A stretch of DNA of 64,000 bases, taken from contig NC_092670.1 in NCBI RefSeq assembly GCF_964355755.1, positions 36,506,388-36,570,387 on the forward strand, given 5' to 3'. Shown here piece by piece: positions 26,249 through 38,900 of this stretch (positions within the stretch are counted from its first letter, which is position 1; the number at the start of each line of letters is the position of its first letter). Source of the DNA: Antedon mediterranea (taxonomy: Eukaryota; Animalia; Echinodermata). Made by a program: the position numbers and the translations under genes. The notes under the pieces are model-generated. The model searched no databases, was not told where the DNA came from, and worked only from the letters and a program-made list of their open reading frames with translations.

Positions 26249-27554
26249 TTGTGTTTCTTATTGTCTCCAGATTGTTCGTATGCTTTTGAGTGAACTACAT
26301 TATTAGATTACATTTGAATGTTACGTGATAAATTACTATATAGTTTTAGTTCGTTGTGAATATTCGCATGATGAATTTGTAAGAGTAATTTACCAAATCG
26401 GTCATTACTACTGGGCTTATTAAGCGAGAATTCAAGATTTTTAAGCTAACATCTTTAGCAACAGAAATATATATTAAGAAGATGTTTCATGTACCGTGAA
26501 ATGTCTTCTAATATCTTTATTAGAGCTGTCAGAATGGTACAATGCCCCCGGGTAGGTTGCGAGTATAAATGTGTGTGGGATTCGCTTTTACGATTACAGC
26601 CTAGCCTAATGGAGGATGAATGTCATTTCTTATTCGTCGTATACATTTTGCCTTGCTCTCTTTAACGTTTCATAAGCCGTGGGTCATTTGAATGCAAACC
26701 TTTATCCTTGTAATAAACTAGTTTTGTAGTCAGACATTGCTCAAAATGTATGGCGCCATTTTTACAGAAAACAGGAAAAGGCGCGGAATTTTATTTGCAC
26801 ACATACTGCAGATATACAGACAAATCCTCTATATTTTTCGTCTTAGTTATAGGCTACTCTTGAAGAGTATTTGCTCGAGCATACTGTGGAATTATACGCT
26901 TTATTCGTAACCTATGGGTTACAATAGTGTATTTTCTGAATTCTACTCTTCTACATATATTTCGACGTACAAGTATAAGCCTACGGACTTTTTTTTTCAA
27001 AGACGAATGTACGCTGTTTTGTAATGCCTCTCAAAAATTTTAGTATAATATGTGCTACAACCAGGAGCTTTATTTCCCATCCATCAGGCCCGTCGCAACT
27101 TAACGTTTTGTCAACATGAACGAATTGTTGAAACGGTACGTCCGGTGCATTAAAATGCCTTATGTGATATTCTTTCTCGTTCATCTTTCTTAAGACCTGC
27201 GCATCAGTTTGTGCATGATACATCTCAAAAGACATTCTGATGCTCCGCGCGTATTAAGCTGTTACTGCCTGCTCAGAACATTACTGAATCATTTGCAGTC
27301 GCATTTGTGATTATTAATTAATATCTTGACTGTCAGTGACACCTACGCGTAAAATTACTGATAGTATGCACATTGAGGACCTGCATATACACATTTAACA
27401 CGTCTTACTATAGACTTGCCCCAAGTCTGTAGTTTTATTGTCTTACGTTCGAGGTGGATTATATCTAGTTTCGACGTTGACGTTTATCTTCTTCTCATGT
27501 CTGAACTTCTGTTCAAGGTTTTCTTTACCTCGGATACGATGATTGAGTTACATA

Positions 27555-28462
27555 TTAATACGTTGAGTTTTTCTTTGCTTTATTTGAGTTATTGTTTACG
27601 TTGTGGTGTTTTCTTACATTGTTTGAGTTTTCTTTACATGGTGTGGTTGTCTGAATCACTCTTTACGGCGTCTGATTTTGTCTTTATGTGTTTGAGTTTT
27701 GTTTACGTGTTTGATGTTGCCTTTACGTGTGTGAGTTTTTGTTTACGTGTTTTATGTTGCCTTTACGTGTTTGAGTTTTTGTTTACGTGTTTGATGTTGC
27801 CTTTACGTGAGTCAGTTTTTGTTTACGTGTTTGATGTTGCGTTTACGTGTGTGAGTTTTAGGTTCTTTTTACGCTGTTTGAGTTTTTCTTTACGTCTTTT
27901 GAGGGTTTTCTTTACATGTTTGAGGTTGTCTTAACATGTTTGAGGTTGTTTTTACCTGTTTGAGGTTGTTTTACGTTCTTCGAGTTTTTCTTCACGTAAA
28001 TTAAGTTTTTCTAGACGTTATTTTAGTTTTTTACGTCGTTCGACTTGTTGTTATAACGTTTGAGTTTGTCTGTACGTTGTTTGAGTTTGTATTACGTTGT
28101 TTGAGTTTGTATTACGTTGTTTGAGTTTGTATTACGTTGTTTGAGTTTTTATTACCTTGTTTGAGTTTGTATTACGTTGTTTGAGTTTGTCTGTACGTTG
28201 TTTGAGTTTGTATTACGTTGTTTGAGTTTGTATTACGTTGTTTGAGTTTGTCTGTACGTTGTTTGAGTTTGCATTACGTTGTTTGAGTTTGTATTACGTT
28301 GTTTGAGTTTGTATTACGTTGTTTGAGTTTGTATTACGTTGTTTGAGTTTGTATTACGTTGTTTGAGTTTGTATTACGTTGTTTGGGTTTGTATTACGTT
28401 GTTTGAGTTTGTATTACGTTGTTTGAGTTTGTATTACGTTGTTTGAGTTTGTATTACGTTTT
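27555..28462. repeat. Strand-biased GT-rich minisatellite, degenerate 20-21-bp units grading into a homogeneous 20-bp array
   Basis: ttgtttgagtttgtattacg about 19 times at 28075-28460; related tttacgtgtttgatgttgcc / tttacgtgtgtgagtttttg units upstream. Confidence 0.93.
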
Positions 28463-28904
28463 TAGGGTTTAACTTATTATGTTTTCCACATTTTACGTCG
28501 TGGAGTTGTCTTCTTCAACTGGGTTGTCTTAAGCGTAATGTAATAACATAATATGTCTGATTTATCATGTCATCTAAGAAAACACTCAGATGTGAGATAA
28601 AGTAGGCCTACATTGGCGGGACTTAAAATATATACATTGAGACATTGGTTGTTTTGTAACACTTCTATGGTTTTTTTGTCTCTAAAATATGTAATACATT
28701 CGCGGAATAACTCCATTCCAAATAAATGGAATGATAGAGAATGTTTGAGTAAATGCAACATACTGTAGATATGCTTGCATTTACGGTGCTACTGTACTTT
28801 CGCACCACTACTCTCGAGCTTACCCAATTTAAAAACATTCACCCACTGCGCGGCGGTGATGGTGAGTGACCATGAAGTTTTATGGCCAGGTTTAGGTGCG
28901 AAAC

Positions 28905-29020
28905 AGCAGTAGAATGTTAATATGTAATCATGACTAAACAGTTATCACTTTATTCAAACATCATCGATCAAAGACACAAGCTAATTATTACGAAGAATAT
29001 ATCATGTAAAATATGTTCAG
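28905..29020. repeat. Dispersed ~115-bp duplication (second copy about 31773-31890)
   Basis: agaatgttaa..cactttattcaaacatcatcgatcaaagacacaagctaat..catgtaaaatatgttcag at both sites. Confidence 0.85.
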
Positions 29021-30389
29021 CATCTTCGACATTTCAAATTTTACTCTGACCTGACTAGAGAAGAACCCCAGTGACATTTTTACAGGGTGACGTCAAGCAT
29101 ATCAGTTATTACAATTTTCCCTTTTCTCGAGGTTTAACATTTTAGTTTTGTATTAATTTCTGCTGATCCAACAGAATCCTATGTATAGATTGTGGTAACG
29201 GTTTTCCCGTAGTGATAATTACCGCGACGTCGACACACCTGCTTATTTCAAATGCAATTGGGATTATTATGATGCATAACGTTACACAATTTGAATATTT
29301 ATATTTGTGTATTAGAGCTCTCTATGAAAGCAAGCATTTTTTCATTTAATTTCATTTATTTTGTCTCCATAAAATACAATATAAAAACGTGGACAAACAA
29401 AAAAACTACACACGAAATCAGGCAGAGACATTAAAAATGGCATAGGCCTATAAATACTAAAAACAAATAAATAAACATTTTGGTTTTGTTAATTTTTTGT
29501 TTTTATAAATTTGCATTATTTTTTTAAAACATATTGTTGTTCGTTTAAAATTTTGACTGTGAATGTGTTACAATATTTAATTATTTAATTTTATATATAT
29601 TTTTATTTATTGTTTGTGTTGAAATATATACTTATTGTAAGTATAACAATTTATCCAATTAGGACCTGGACGGAGTTAAATTTTGTATTCAAGACAGGAC
29701 CGCAATGCAAACAGGTTTTCTTTTACCTGATTGTGTAATCTTGTATAAAGATGTTGTTAAATAAATGGATTGTTATCCATGCCCTTGTAATTACCTAGAG
29801 TTTTACTTCAAGTTTTATCCCAACCGCAATATATTTCGGTAAACTACCGGTACTACTTAAGTTGTCTTTATTTATACATCTCCGCTTCCCTGTTCTGGCA
29901 TTTACAGTTTCAAAATCCACGGTATAAAATGCACATTCGCATTTGCAATGTTTTGCTATGCAATTATGCGCGCACATTATACTGTAGAACATCATGGAAT
30001 GCTAGTTTCTAGATCACACCCCCGTAAAGACTAAAACGTTAACAACAGGCGAAATTTACATAAACTATTAATATTATATATATATATATATAATATAAAC
30101 AAATCAGGCAAAGAACATGTACTGAAACACAGCTATAACCAATGAGCCAAAATAGTCGACTTTTGTTGTTGTTGCGAGTACATAAAATTTAATAGTGTTT
30201 TTTGGCTGGTATTGATAATTAAAGAAACAATGCGATGCAACTTTCTATCATGTCGACAGGAAGAGGCACGCGCGTTTAAATGATGATGAAAATGATACCA
30301 CTTATTGTACGCGGGCGTAAACAAAATGATGAAAATTTATTAATGTTAAAAATGCGCATTTCAAACGATGATGGAAAAACACACACGGG

Positions 30390-30745
30390 GCGCGTTTACC
30401 GTACCTAAAGAGAGCAAACAATATCGGCAAGGGTTCGAGGCAAACTTGCTCCTATATTTCTGTTGGTGGAACAAGTTTTCTCGTAAAAGGACTATAAACC
30501 GTAGGTCCAGAGTGTACACAGTTTACCGGTGTGCACTTTTAAAGAACCCAGTTCATTATTTGAGACGAGTGGGGGGTTACCCCGGTGATCTTGAACTGGT
30601 TCACATATAGCTCCTGTTTCATGGTGATTACCACCTATACTGTTGATAGAACAGTGAATGATTTACTATTGGCCGGTAATCCTTGTCCACATGTGCCTAA
30701 AGAAACCGTAAAACTAAAACCGTATAAATAAAGAAAATAATAATA
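30390..30745 (+). mobile_element. SINE with Deu/Nin-like central domain
   Basis: B-box gggttcgaggc, then ggactataaaccgtaggtcc...taaagaaccca...gagacgagtggggggttaccccggtg, collinear with the recalled Deu-domain consensus (TAAACCGAGGTCC..TAAAGATCCCA..AAGAGTAGGGGTGTTAACCCCGGTG); A-rich tail. Confidence 0.7.
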
Positions 30746-32478
30746 TTAAATAATACTATGTTATTTTAGAAATCCCCTCCCAATCTCTGAGAGAGGCCCT
30801 GCGAAATATGATATATCTTTTCTTCTTTAGGCAAGTACAGAGTGCATGCCCGTAAAAATAAGTAAAACATTAACTATCAGTGTAGATTAAGAAGACATAC
30901 ATTGATATCAGTCTACCGGATCCAATGATAGATCTGCTGTACCTAATAGATTGGCAGCTCTCGTCTGTTAATATGAATTTTAATTTTCATATATCGTTTG
31001 AATGAATTCAGTAATTGATTTTGACATATATACATAATATATAAACATCATGTGTCAGCCTGCTTGCTCGGCCGAAAAAAAGACTAATTTTGTGTATTGA
31101 TAATTGCGTACGCTAGATATGTTGAGAATGATTGGTCGCTTCATGATACCACGTGATTCCCGGAATTGATTCATTCAATGTTGCATTGAATGACAATGGT
31201 TAATCTTCCTGCTATGTTAATGACACAAAATTACTAATTGCAATGTGTATGCAGTTTCTATATATAAATGCTTATTGTTAAATGTATATGAAACGCCAAT
31301 CGCGTTTAAATAAGTATTACATTATCTTTAGACTTGTTTATACGTATAGTTTTAAAAGTTAGTATTATGACACAGCGTACGTTAAGCTATTGCGGTGGTG
31401 GCAAGGAGGGGGGGGGGGGGTGTTTTGGGGGAAATTCATGGATTTAGCTTAATAAGTTTACGTACGGTGTGCGAGATTTTTGTGGGTGGATGCTTTATGA
31501 AAATGAATTGGAAACGAGGGGGACCTCCAAACTCCTGAGTGTAAGCACAATTAATATATCAACATGATATGTTTATAACCATTGACGTATTGTTTTAACA
31601 AAGCGACTGGCCTATATAACAAACAATCAACAAGCAGACCTTAGTACGCGGTATTTAATAATACTTATGTACTGTAGTGTGAATCTACGACTGTACAATT
31701 TGATTAAATCGAGAACGTAGGCCTAGAGTTTGTTTATTACAGCTTACCAGCAGCCCGTACACATTTTCACCGTAGCAGAATGTTAAATATGTAATCATGG
31801 ATAAACAAGTTAACACTTTATTCAAACATCATCGATCAAAGACACAAGCTAATGATCACGAAGAATATATATCATGTAAAATATGTTCAGACATTTTGTG
31901 TTTCGTTGTGTTCGTAGCGTATGGTTGATTTTGTATTCACTAGGCGTTATTTATTTTGTTTATATATTAAAGTCATTTAATTGTACTATTGAATGGTACT
32001 AATAGTAACGCCAAGATTGTTTGAAACATGAAGATGTTTGTGATACGCGATTAGCAGATAACACCGAAATCAATATGTGAGTGTGTCGTGTAATGCTGCT
32101 CCGCTCCGCCGTCAAAATCTATGTGCCGGCTGTTTTCCATGGCCTAACCCTCTGACATTCAATTCAAGATGGACTCATAAACGTTGATTATTTTTTCCAA
32201 AATTCTATATGATGATTATATTCATATATTTGAATAATATTATTAATAGTGGAGAATGTGAACTGATAATAAGTAATCTAATATTAATGTTTTGTGATAT
32301 TGATTGGAGTAGGCCTATTTGCCGAACATTAGGGTGCCTATGTTTTGTATGAAATAATCACTATCGAGCGTCTTAAATAAATTAAAGTTAACTTTTTGTT
32401 GGTTAGTTTCTTGTTCAAAGACTTAATACGCGTATTAATCACTAAATTATTAATCACTAAATAATAAGTTTTAGTTAA

Positions 32479-32747
32479 AGATGTATTGTCCCCCTGAAAA
32501 AATATGTTTTAAAAATATCTTTGTTGAATATGTCATGCCATGAATAATGTCACGTAATAGTTATTCACTTTGACCAAAAGCTGGATTGAAAAATTGTAAT
32601 TTAAATTGTCTCTCAGACAATGATTTTTGGTTCAAATTAACCGGTTTTTTTTTTCTTATAAGTGAAATAATAATTTTTTTTTTTACAGAAGTGAATAAGT
32701 GATTCTATTAATCTTCATTTTTAATGTTTTTGGGGGACAATACATCT
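32479..32747. mobile_element. TTAA-flanked MITE (Kolobok-like); related fragments at about 59040-59163 and 61620-61777
   Basis: TTAA-agatgtattgtcccc...ggggacaatacatct-attaa; the right terminus (gggaacaatacatct-ttaa) and interior recur near 61645-61777. Confidence 0.65.
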
Positions 32748-32874
32748 ATTAAGAGAAAAAAAATAAATGTCACAACCTCGGTTCACCTCATTCAAACAAG
32801 ACATTAACCCGGATGGTCGTAGCATGGGAGTTGTGGTGTGACAACTGCTAGTAATATTTCATGTTTTGAACTTT

Positions 32875-33290
32875 AAAAAAACCGCGAAATGACGTCATAG
32901 CATCCGCATACCATGTTATACGTCGTCCGTCAAATAGAACATATAGAGGTTAACACGAGTTCAGATTCAACTAGGAAATATTTTTGATATTTATAAGTCT
33001 AATTTACATTGTGTTGTGTTTTGTTTAGTTATCCTATTCGTTGATTGTATATTATTAAGCGGTATTCAATTATATTTTCTATCAGTTTAGTTTGAAAAAA
33101 AACCGCGAAATGATGTCAGAATTGATTTTAATGAGTAGGAGAGCATCCGCATACAGCGTTTTACCTCGTCCTTTAAATAGGACATATAGAGGTTAACACG
33201 AGTTCAGATTTAGTCTAATTTACGTTGTGATGTGTTTTGTTTAGTTGTCCTATTCGTTAATTGTATATTGTTATGCGGTATTCATTTATA
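32875..33290. repeat. Diverged tandem duplication, about 200-220 bp x2
   Basis: aaaaaaaccgcgaaatga..gcatccgcatac..acatatagaggttaacacgagttcagatt..agtctaatttac occurs twice. Confidence 0.85.
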
Positions 33291-35277
33291 CCTTCAGTTA
33301 GGATTGGTTTTTAGACGCTTGGCGTCAATATGTTATGAATTTCACTGCGGATGTTAACCCCGTGGTGTAGGCCTATTCATTTATCATACATTAAACATTT
33401 CATAGAAATGATAAAACTTTCTAGTGTGACAGATCTGCGGCATGCTGGTCTAAATATAAAAAGCTTTGTACCACATACTTTGTTGTTGTAGGGTATATTA
33501 AAATTCGCAGTACTTGCTAATGTATTCCGTCTACACTGTGTGTACAACGTATGATATATGGCTCTTTATCATTTTAGAAGTTAAAAACACCACGATAAAA
33601 TATTAATATTTCCTGAAAATTGATCAGTCACTTTCATTAACAGAAAACACAATTTTACGACGAACTCATAGCTTATTTATATTCGTGTGACGCAGGTTTG
33701 CACGTAATGTCACGTGTTGTAGCTGGTAATCGCATATAATATACAAATCACCAAAGTGTATATTTTGTAAATTAAAAAACAGCAAAGTGTTTACAGGCTC
33801 ATTATACATGTATGTGTCACCTGCTGTTTTAAAATTAATAATGTGGCCTTGTGTGGAAGATGTTTCGTTTGAACAAAATGGTCGCTTACGTTTTCATTTT
33901 ATTTCATAGTAACATTTATTTCCTTCATAATATACAACTTAATAAATAATATAATATAAAATTCATAACGAGAAGAACGATAGTTAAAACAATACATTTT
34001 TTTTCTCATTATTATTACCCACGACACCTATTCCCCCCCCCCCCCCGCCCCACACACACACTCCCTCCCAACCCGCTTGCTACAGTGCAAAGACATGGAC
34101 ATATGCCATCATGTTAATGTATTGTTCATGGGTTTGGTAATTTTCGTCAAGTCGGACCCAGTTTAGTTGATTCTGTAGCATAAATATTATGCGTATTTGG
34201 GTGCATGGTTGTGGCGACAAAAATTAATTCTTGTATTGTCCGTTAAGCTCTGTCTACACTCACATTTTGTGTGACAAAAATATTTAATGTGCCCATATAT
34301 GGACATGATGATGTCATATCACTACCATATTAAAGCATATCACTACCATATTTGGGCCTATCACACGCTGTATTAATATGTTTTTTGTTTGTACAAGACT
34401 CTATTATATTGAATAGTTTTTAAAATAATATAACACTGACTGATTGACTTGTTTAGAGTGAACTCTGACCTCTTTCACTCACCAACATTAAAAAGCCCTT
34501 TTAAATAAGTTATTGTTAATTATTTTACTTAATTAGTGCAACAGCTGTATCGATCTCATTATTGTGTGTGCTGCAGACGTTTTATGACTCCTGACTCGTT
34601 GATTATATAGGCTATAAGAAACAATCTAGAATTCACTATTTCATCACAACATTATTTTATAATCCAAAATATGAAAATTAGATTCAATATAATTTTCAAT
34701 TTTTCATAAACATCTTATCTTATCTCATCTTTATATTAAAATTATATTATATTAATTTGCGGTTAGACAGCAGGTTGCATTTATATAAATGTAGGCCTAA
34801 TGTAAGGTGGAAATATATTAGAATGGTTATGTTATAGTTTCATATTAACTTTCATCGTCATAATCATCCCTAATAGTTACGTCATTATCACATGTAACAT
34901 AATTTATGATCACCATTCATATCATTAAACATCATACTCACTTACAACGTCATTATCATTCCTATCATCTTTATTTTATTTTTACCCACATCCAACAGCG
35001 AAAATTCGCCAATTATAGGATTCCTAAAAAATATTTAGATAAAAATATATACATAAAAACACAGAAAAATACAATAGGAAACATACACAAAATGGAAACA
35101 TTAAATAGCTTTAAGAACTGTAGGTCTAAAAATGTCCAAACTGTCAAAACAAAATATCGATAGTCTTATGTTTAATAGAAATGTTCTATCATTTAAAAAA
35201 AGGGATGGGGGGTGGGGGACACTCATCCCGAAATGTATTAATTTCGTATCGTATATCACACATAAATCGCGTCGTCA

Positions 35278-35425
35278 AGCTTGGTTCCCACGCAGCGCAA
35301 GGAACGCAATGTAAGTGATTTGACCAATAAGCGATGGATTATTCGAACAGTGGCTTGTCATTGATTAACTCGCTTGCGTTGCGCGTACGTCCTTGCGTTG
35401 CGTCTCTAGTGTAGGTCTCACGCTT
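35278..35425. mobile_element. Degenerate family A1 MITE
   Basis: agcttggttccca...ttgaccaat..gcgatggattattcgaacagtggcttgtcatt...ctagtgtaggtctcacgct-tta. Confidence 0.75.
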
Positions 35426-36084
35426 TAGGCCTACATTCTGCATGCACGCCCAAAAGGCACTCTCTCTTCTCCGACGGCGTATCGAGCGTTTCTTAATCGA
35501 CAAATCACCTAAGATCCATCAAACCGAATTAGAAATGATGGCAGTTATAATCTCTTTGCATAATTATAAACAGCAAAACGCTACTAGCATATTTGACAGT
35601 TAAACCAAATCGATGACTGCATTATCTATTACTAATACTTTGCCATAGCCGCTGCTAGAATGCTGATTGCCAAACGATATACTTGGCTATGCGAAGATGT
35701 TTGATTAAGCTATCAGAGTTTGCCTTGCACAAAATAATACAATTAATAGACCTCTTGTGCAATGAAACAGCGTTTCGGCATTAGTGAGTCCCCTATCTTC
35801 AATCTCATGAACTTTTATAGATTTTCGCGCCGCTATTTTAGGCAGTTATATTCAAAAGAACAGAAGCATTAGGAAACAGTTACTATGCGGTAGCTCATAG
35901 GTTACTACGGCTGAACAAAATGGAAACTCAGACTGGGTTTGCGCAAACCTAAAAGTACATCTGATTAGTTGCATACATTAATTTGTTTAAGACAAGAAAA
36001 GCATTTTGGTGCACACATTGCTAACCGAAATATAACCTCGGATATTTTTATGGCCGACTTCTGTCGTAATCGTCAATGTCAATT

Positions 36085-36385
36085 AGTCTTACATTTATCT
36101 GAATGATTATTAAGCCAGAATTGTTTAAAGCACCTTTGGCGGGTCCTATCATTGACCAAGGGCTTCTCTCGTCCAGTGCACACCTTAACCAGAGGGGAGG
36201 CATAAGTCAATACGTCAGAGGCTGGTACTATATGCAGGGGCTACCATAGGGGTCAGCAGTGCTGATTTCAAATGCCCAATGATACCCCAGCTACATACAG
36301 CATCTATCCAAGCTCTAACCGGGCCCAACGTTGTTTAACGTCGGTGATCTGACGAGAACTGGTGTTTCAACGTGCTAAGGCCGTA
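36085..36385 (-). mobile_element. 5S rRNA-derived SINE (SINE3-type) or 5S pseudogene; 5S-like head 36303-36385
   Basis: Minus strand tacggccttagcacgttgaaacaccagttctcgtcagatcaccgacgttaaacaacgttgggcccggttagagcttggatag matches the first ~80 nt of invertebrate 5S rRNA, then diverges into a non-5S body whose end is uncertain. Confidence 0.8.
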
Positions 36386-36674
36386 TTTATTCTCAGATAA
36401 GACAAAACATATATACATGCAATATATAATATTCCGGAAGATCAATGCAACGTAGAGATCAAGTGTTTGTTTTGTAATTACCTAATATCAGTCATGTTCG
36501 ATTTCGTCGTTTGACCAATCCTATTAAATTTGAGTTTAATTGATGTTTTTTTGTCACAGCAATGACGTCAGTGACAGTATGACACTAACGGTTCACTAAA
36601 TTAACACGAGAGTACAAAGACCATGTCATTGATATTTCAGTGTGAACGCACGTGTATACTCTTCTTTATGCTTA

Positions 36675-36837
36675 AGATTGGTTCCCACTACTAGAGGACG
36701 CAACGCAAGAACGTAATGCAACGCAAAGTTATTTGACCAATTTCAAGTGATTGATTATTCCAACAGTCGCGTGTGATTGGTTAACTCACTTGCGATGCGT
36801 CTACGTCCTTGCGTTACGTCCTAGTGGGAACCAAGCT
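36675..36837. mobile_element. Family A1 MITE about 100 bp upstream of the exon 2 acceptor
   Basis: TTA-agattggttcccact...ctagtgggaaccaagct-TTA. Confidence 0.85.
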
Positions 36838-36936
36838 TTACTGATGATATCAGAACAATCAATAATTTATATTATTACTGTTTTAAATTACATGCTTTAT
36901 GATTTAAATTTGATCATGTTTCATTTTTATTCGCAG

Positions 36937-37772
36937 GATACGGACATTCAGCACCTCGAACGACATTGGGAAAGTTATTTTGTATGCTTTACGCACTCTG
37001 TGGAATTCCTTTGAACTTGGTCATGTTTCAGAGTGTTGGAGAGCGTCTCAATGTGTTCATGGCGTTTGTTGTCAAACGGATAAAACGACTACTTGGCTTT
37101 CACATTGACGATGTATCCCATACAGAGCTTGTAATGCTCGGCGGATTCATGAGTATACTGGCAACCTTCCTTGGAGCGTTAGCATTTGCGAATTTTGAAA
37201 ATTGGCCCTTTGTAGACGCGTATTACTATGTGTTTATTACGCTAACCACAGTAGGATTCGGCGATTACGTAGCCCTTCAGAAAGAAAATGCCTTACAGGA
37301 AAAACCTAGTTACGTTGCTTTCAGTATTTTGTACATTCTCATTGCTCTTGTGATTGTAGCGTCTGTGATGAATTTACTAGTTTTGCGTTTGTTGACGTTA
37401 AATACAGAGGATGAACGCCGGGAACAAGAGGAGAATCAGTTACAGCAAAGAAACCATAGCTATGAAATGAACCATCTACATGATAATGACTTAGAAAGAA
37501 CTTTCGTCGATTGCAATTCACATAGGAATAATTTTAACAGGACAGTATATAGTACTGAGAAGGATTTCCGGTCCTTCTGCACATGCTCTTGCCTAAAGAA
37601 GTCTTCACACAATACACGAACTACTGGCAATTGTGTCAAATATCTTCACCAAAATGCCATACCTAACTCACTCCCGTTACGTCATTCTGAGTACAACCAT
37701 TTCAATGACGACGATGAGATGCTCGTGCAATTTCGTGAGTCGGGAAGATCATCGAATCGAGCGTCTATTTAA
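36937..37772 (+). CDS. KCNK9: TASK-type two-pore-domain K+ channel, coding exon 2 (spliced protein 372 aa)
   Basis: Acceptor tttcatttttattcgcag|GA TAC GGA CAT restores TTIG-YGH. Then GIPLNLVMFQSVGERLN, second pore LTTVGFGDYVALQ, M4 ending VLRLLT, EDE motif and C-terminus NRASI-stop. 283+836=1119 nt, in frame. Confidence 0.96.
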
Positions 37773-38650
37773 CCGTGTATGCATAGGAGACATTCTACTT
37801 GGCTATTTACCCGAATGGAACGTTCAAGATCTTGAGAGTATCTCTTACTCATTTTGGATATAGATTTGAATTAATATCCACTGATTATTATGTTAATAGC
37901 ATCAATTGGTATTTTTGTAGGTCTTTCATACATTTTTCTATCGCTAGCATGTCGCAATCCAGTTAAAAATGAAGAAACGGTAATGATAGATGCTGAGTGA
38001 ATGTGTGATAGAGTCGGGTGGGGGGGGGGGGGGGTGGTGAGTATGAATTGCAATTTAACAGGTTATTTGTACGTATTTGGTGTGAATTTTGTATTGGTAT
38101 CACAACGCACAATCCTAATATTAGAAGCAGTGATGAGAGGTACCGACAACGTTATTTTAATTTAATATATTATTAGCATGGTCCTATTTTTTTATCTGTA
38201 CATAAAGATTTATAGAATATCGGTTACAGAAGTGAATCAAACTATTCTATAATGCATTTTTAAACTTCTATTGTTGGCCTATGTTAAATAGCGCGCGCGT
38301 AGGAAAAATATCCGCTTCGCGTACCGAACATCCTGAAAGAAGTGCGTATACGTGCAAAAAGCGTTAACGGTTTTCACACGCGAATATTAACCGATGTACG
38401 GTTGACACGGCGTATGATAAACGTTTGAAAACTGGCGTCACTTCTTGTGTTGAATTGTACGCGTGTCTCTCGCTTGGTATCTGGAACTGGTCAATTTGAC
38501 GTCCGCGTGTGTGTGAACCAATAACATTCATTCCTTTAAACATTTTCAAATACAATTTTCTTTTATCTCATTGCAACGCTTATTGGAATTGGAAAAGATT
38601 GCAAGTATGGCCAAAATCAAACGATAAATATAAATATGGAACTCTTTGAT

Positions 38651-38900
38651 CTAAGTAACTCCCCTTTTAAATGAGGTTCTTCTGCTGCTATCAAAGCCTG
38701 TATTCATATTCATCACCAGTAGTAGGCCTAGACCTAAGTGACTCCCCTTTTAAATTAGGTTCTTCTGCTGCTATCAAAGCCTGTATTCATATTTATCACC
38801 AGTAGTAGGCCTAGACCTAAGTGACTCCCCTTCTAAATGAGGTTCTTCTGCTACCATTAAAGCCTGTATTCATATTTAGCACTCACCAGTAGTAGGCTTA
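38651..38900. repeat. 83-bp tandem repeat x3
   Basis: ctaagt(a/g)actcccctt at 38651, 38734, 38817. Confidence 0.92.

Larger units (their letters stand above)
13076..36936 (+). other. GT-AG intron of the TASK gene (23,861 nt)
   Basis: GTAAGT donor and polypyrimidine-CAG acceptor; joining reconstitutes the selectivity filter with residue numbering matching vertebrate TASKs, so no intervening coding exon is needed. Confidence 0.93.

Noticed and set aside
26981-27235. 84-aa minus-strand ORF with protein-like composition
   Set aside because: No recognisable domain or supporting splice sites; cannot be supported without a search.
27416-27934. 172-aa Phe/Val/Leu-rich ORF
   Set aside because: Translation of the GT-rich minisatellite.
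36303-36385. Functional 5S rRNA gene
   Set aside because: Lacks the 3' third including box C and terminator, and is a solitary diverged copy.
36966-37772. Stand-alone 268-aa ORF starting at TTG
   Set aside because: It is exon 2 of the TASK gene; the true boundary is the acceptor at 36936/36937.
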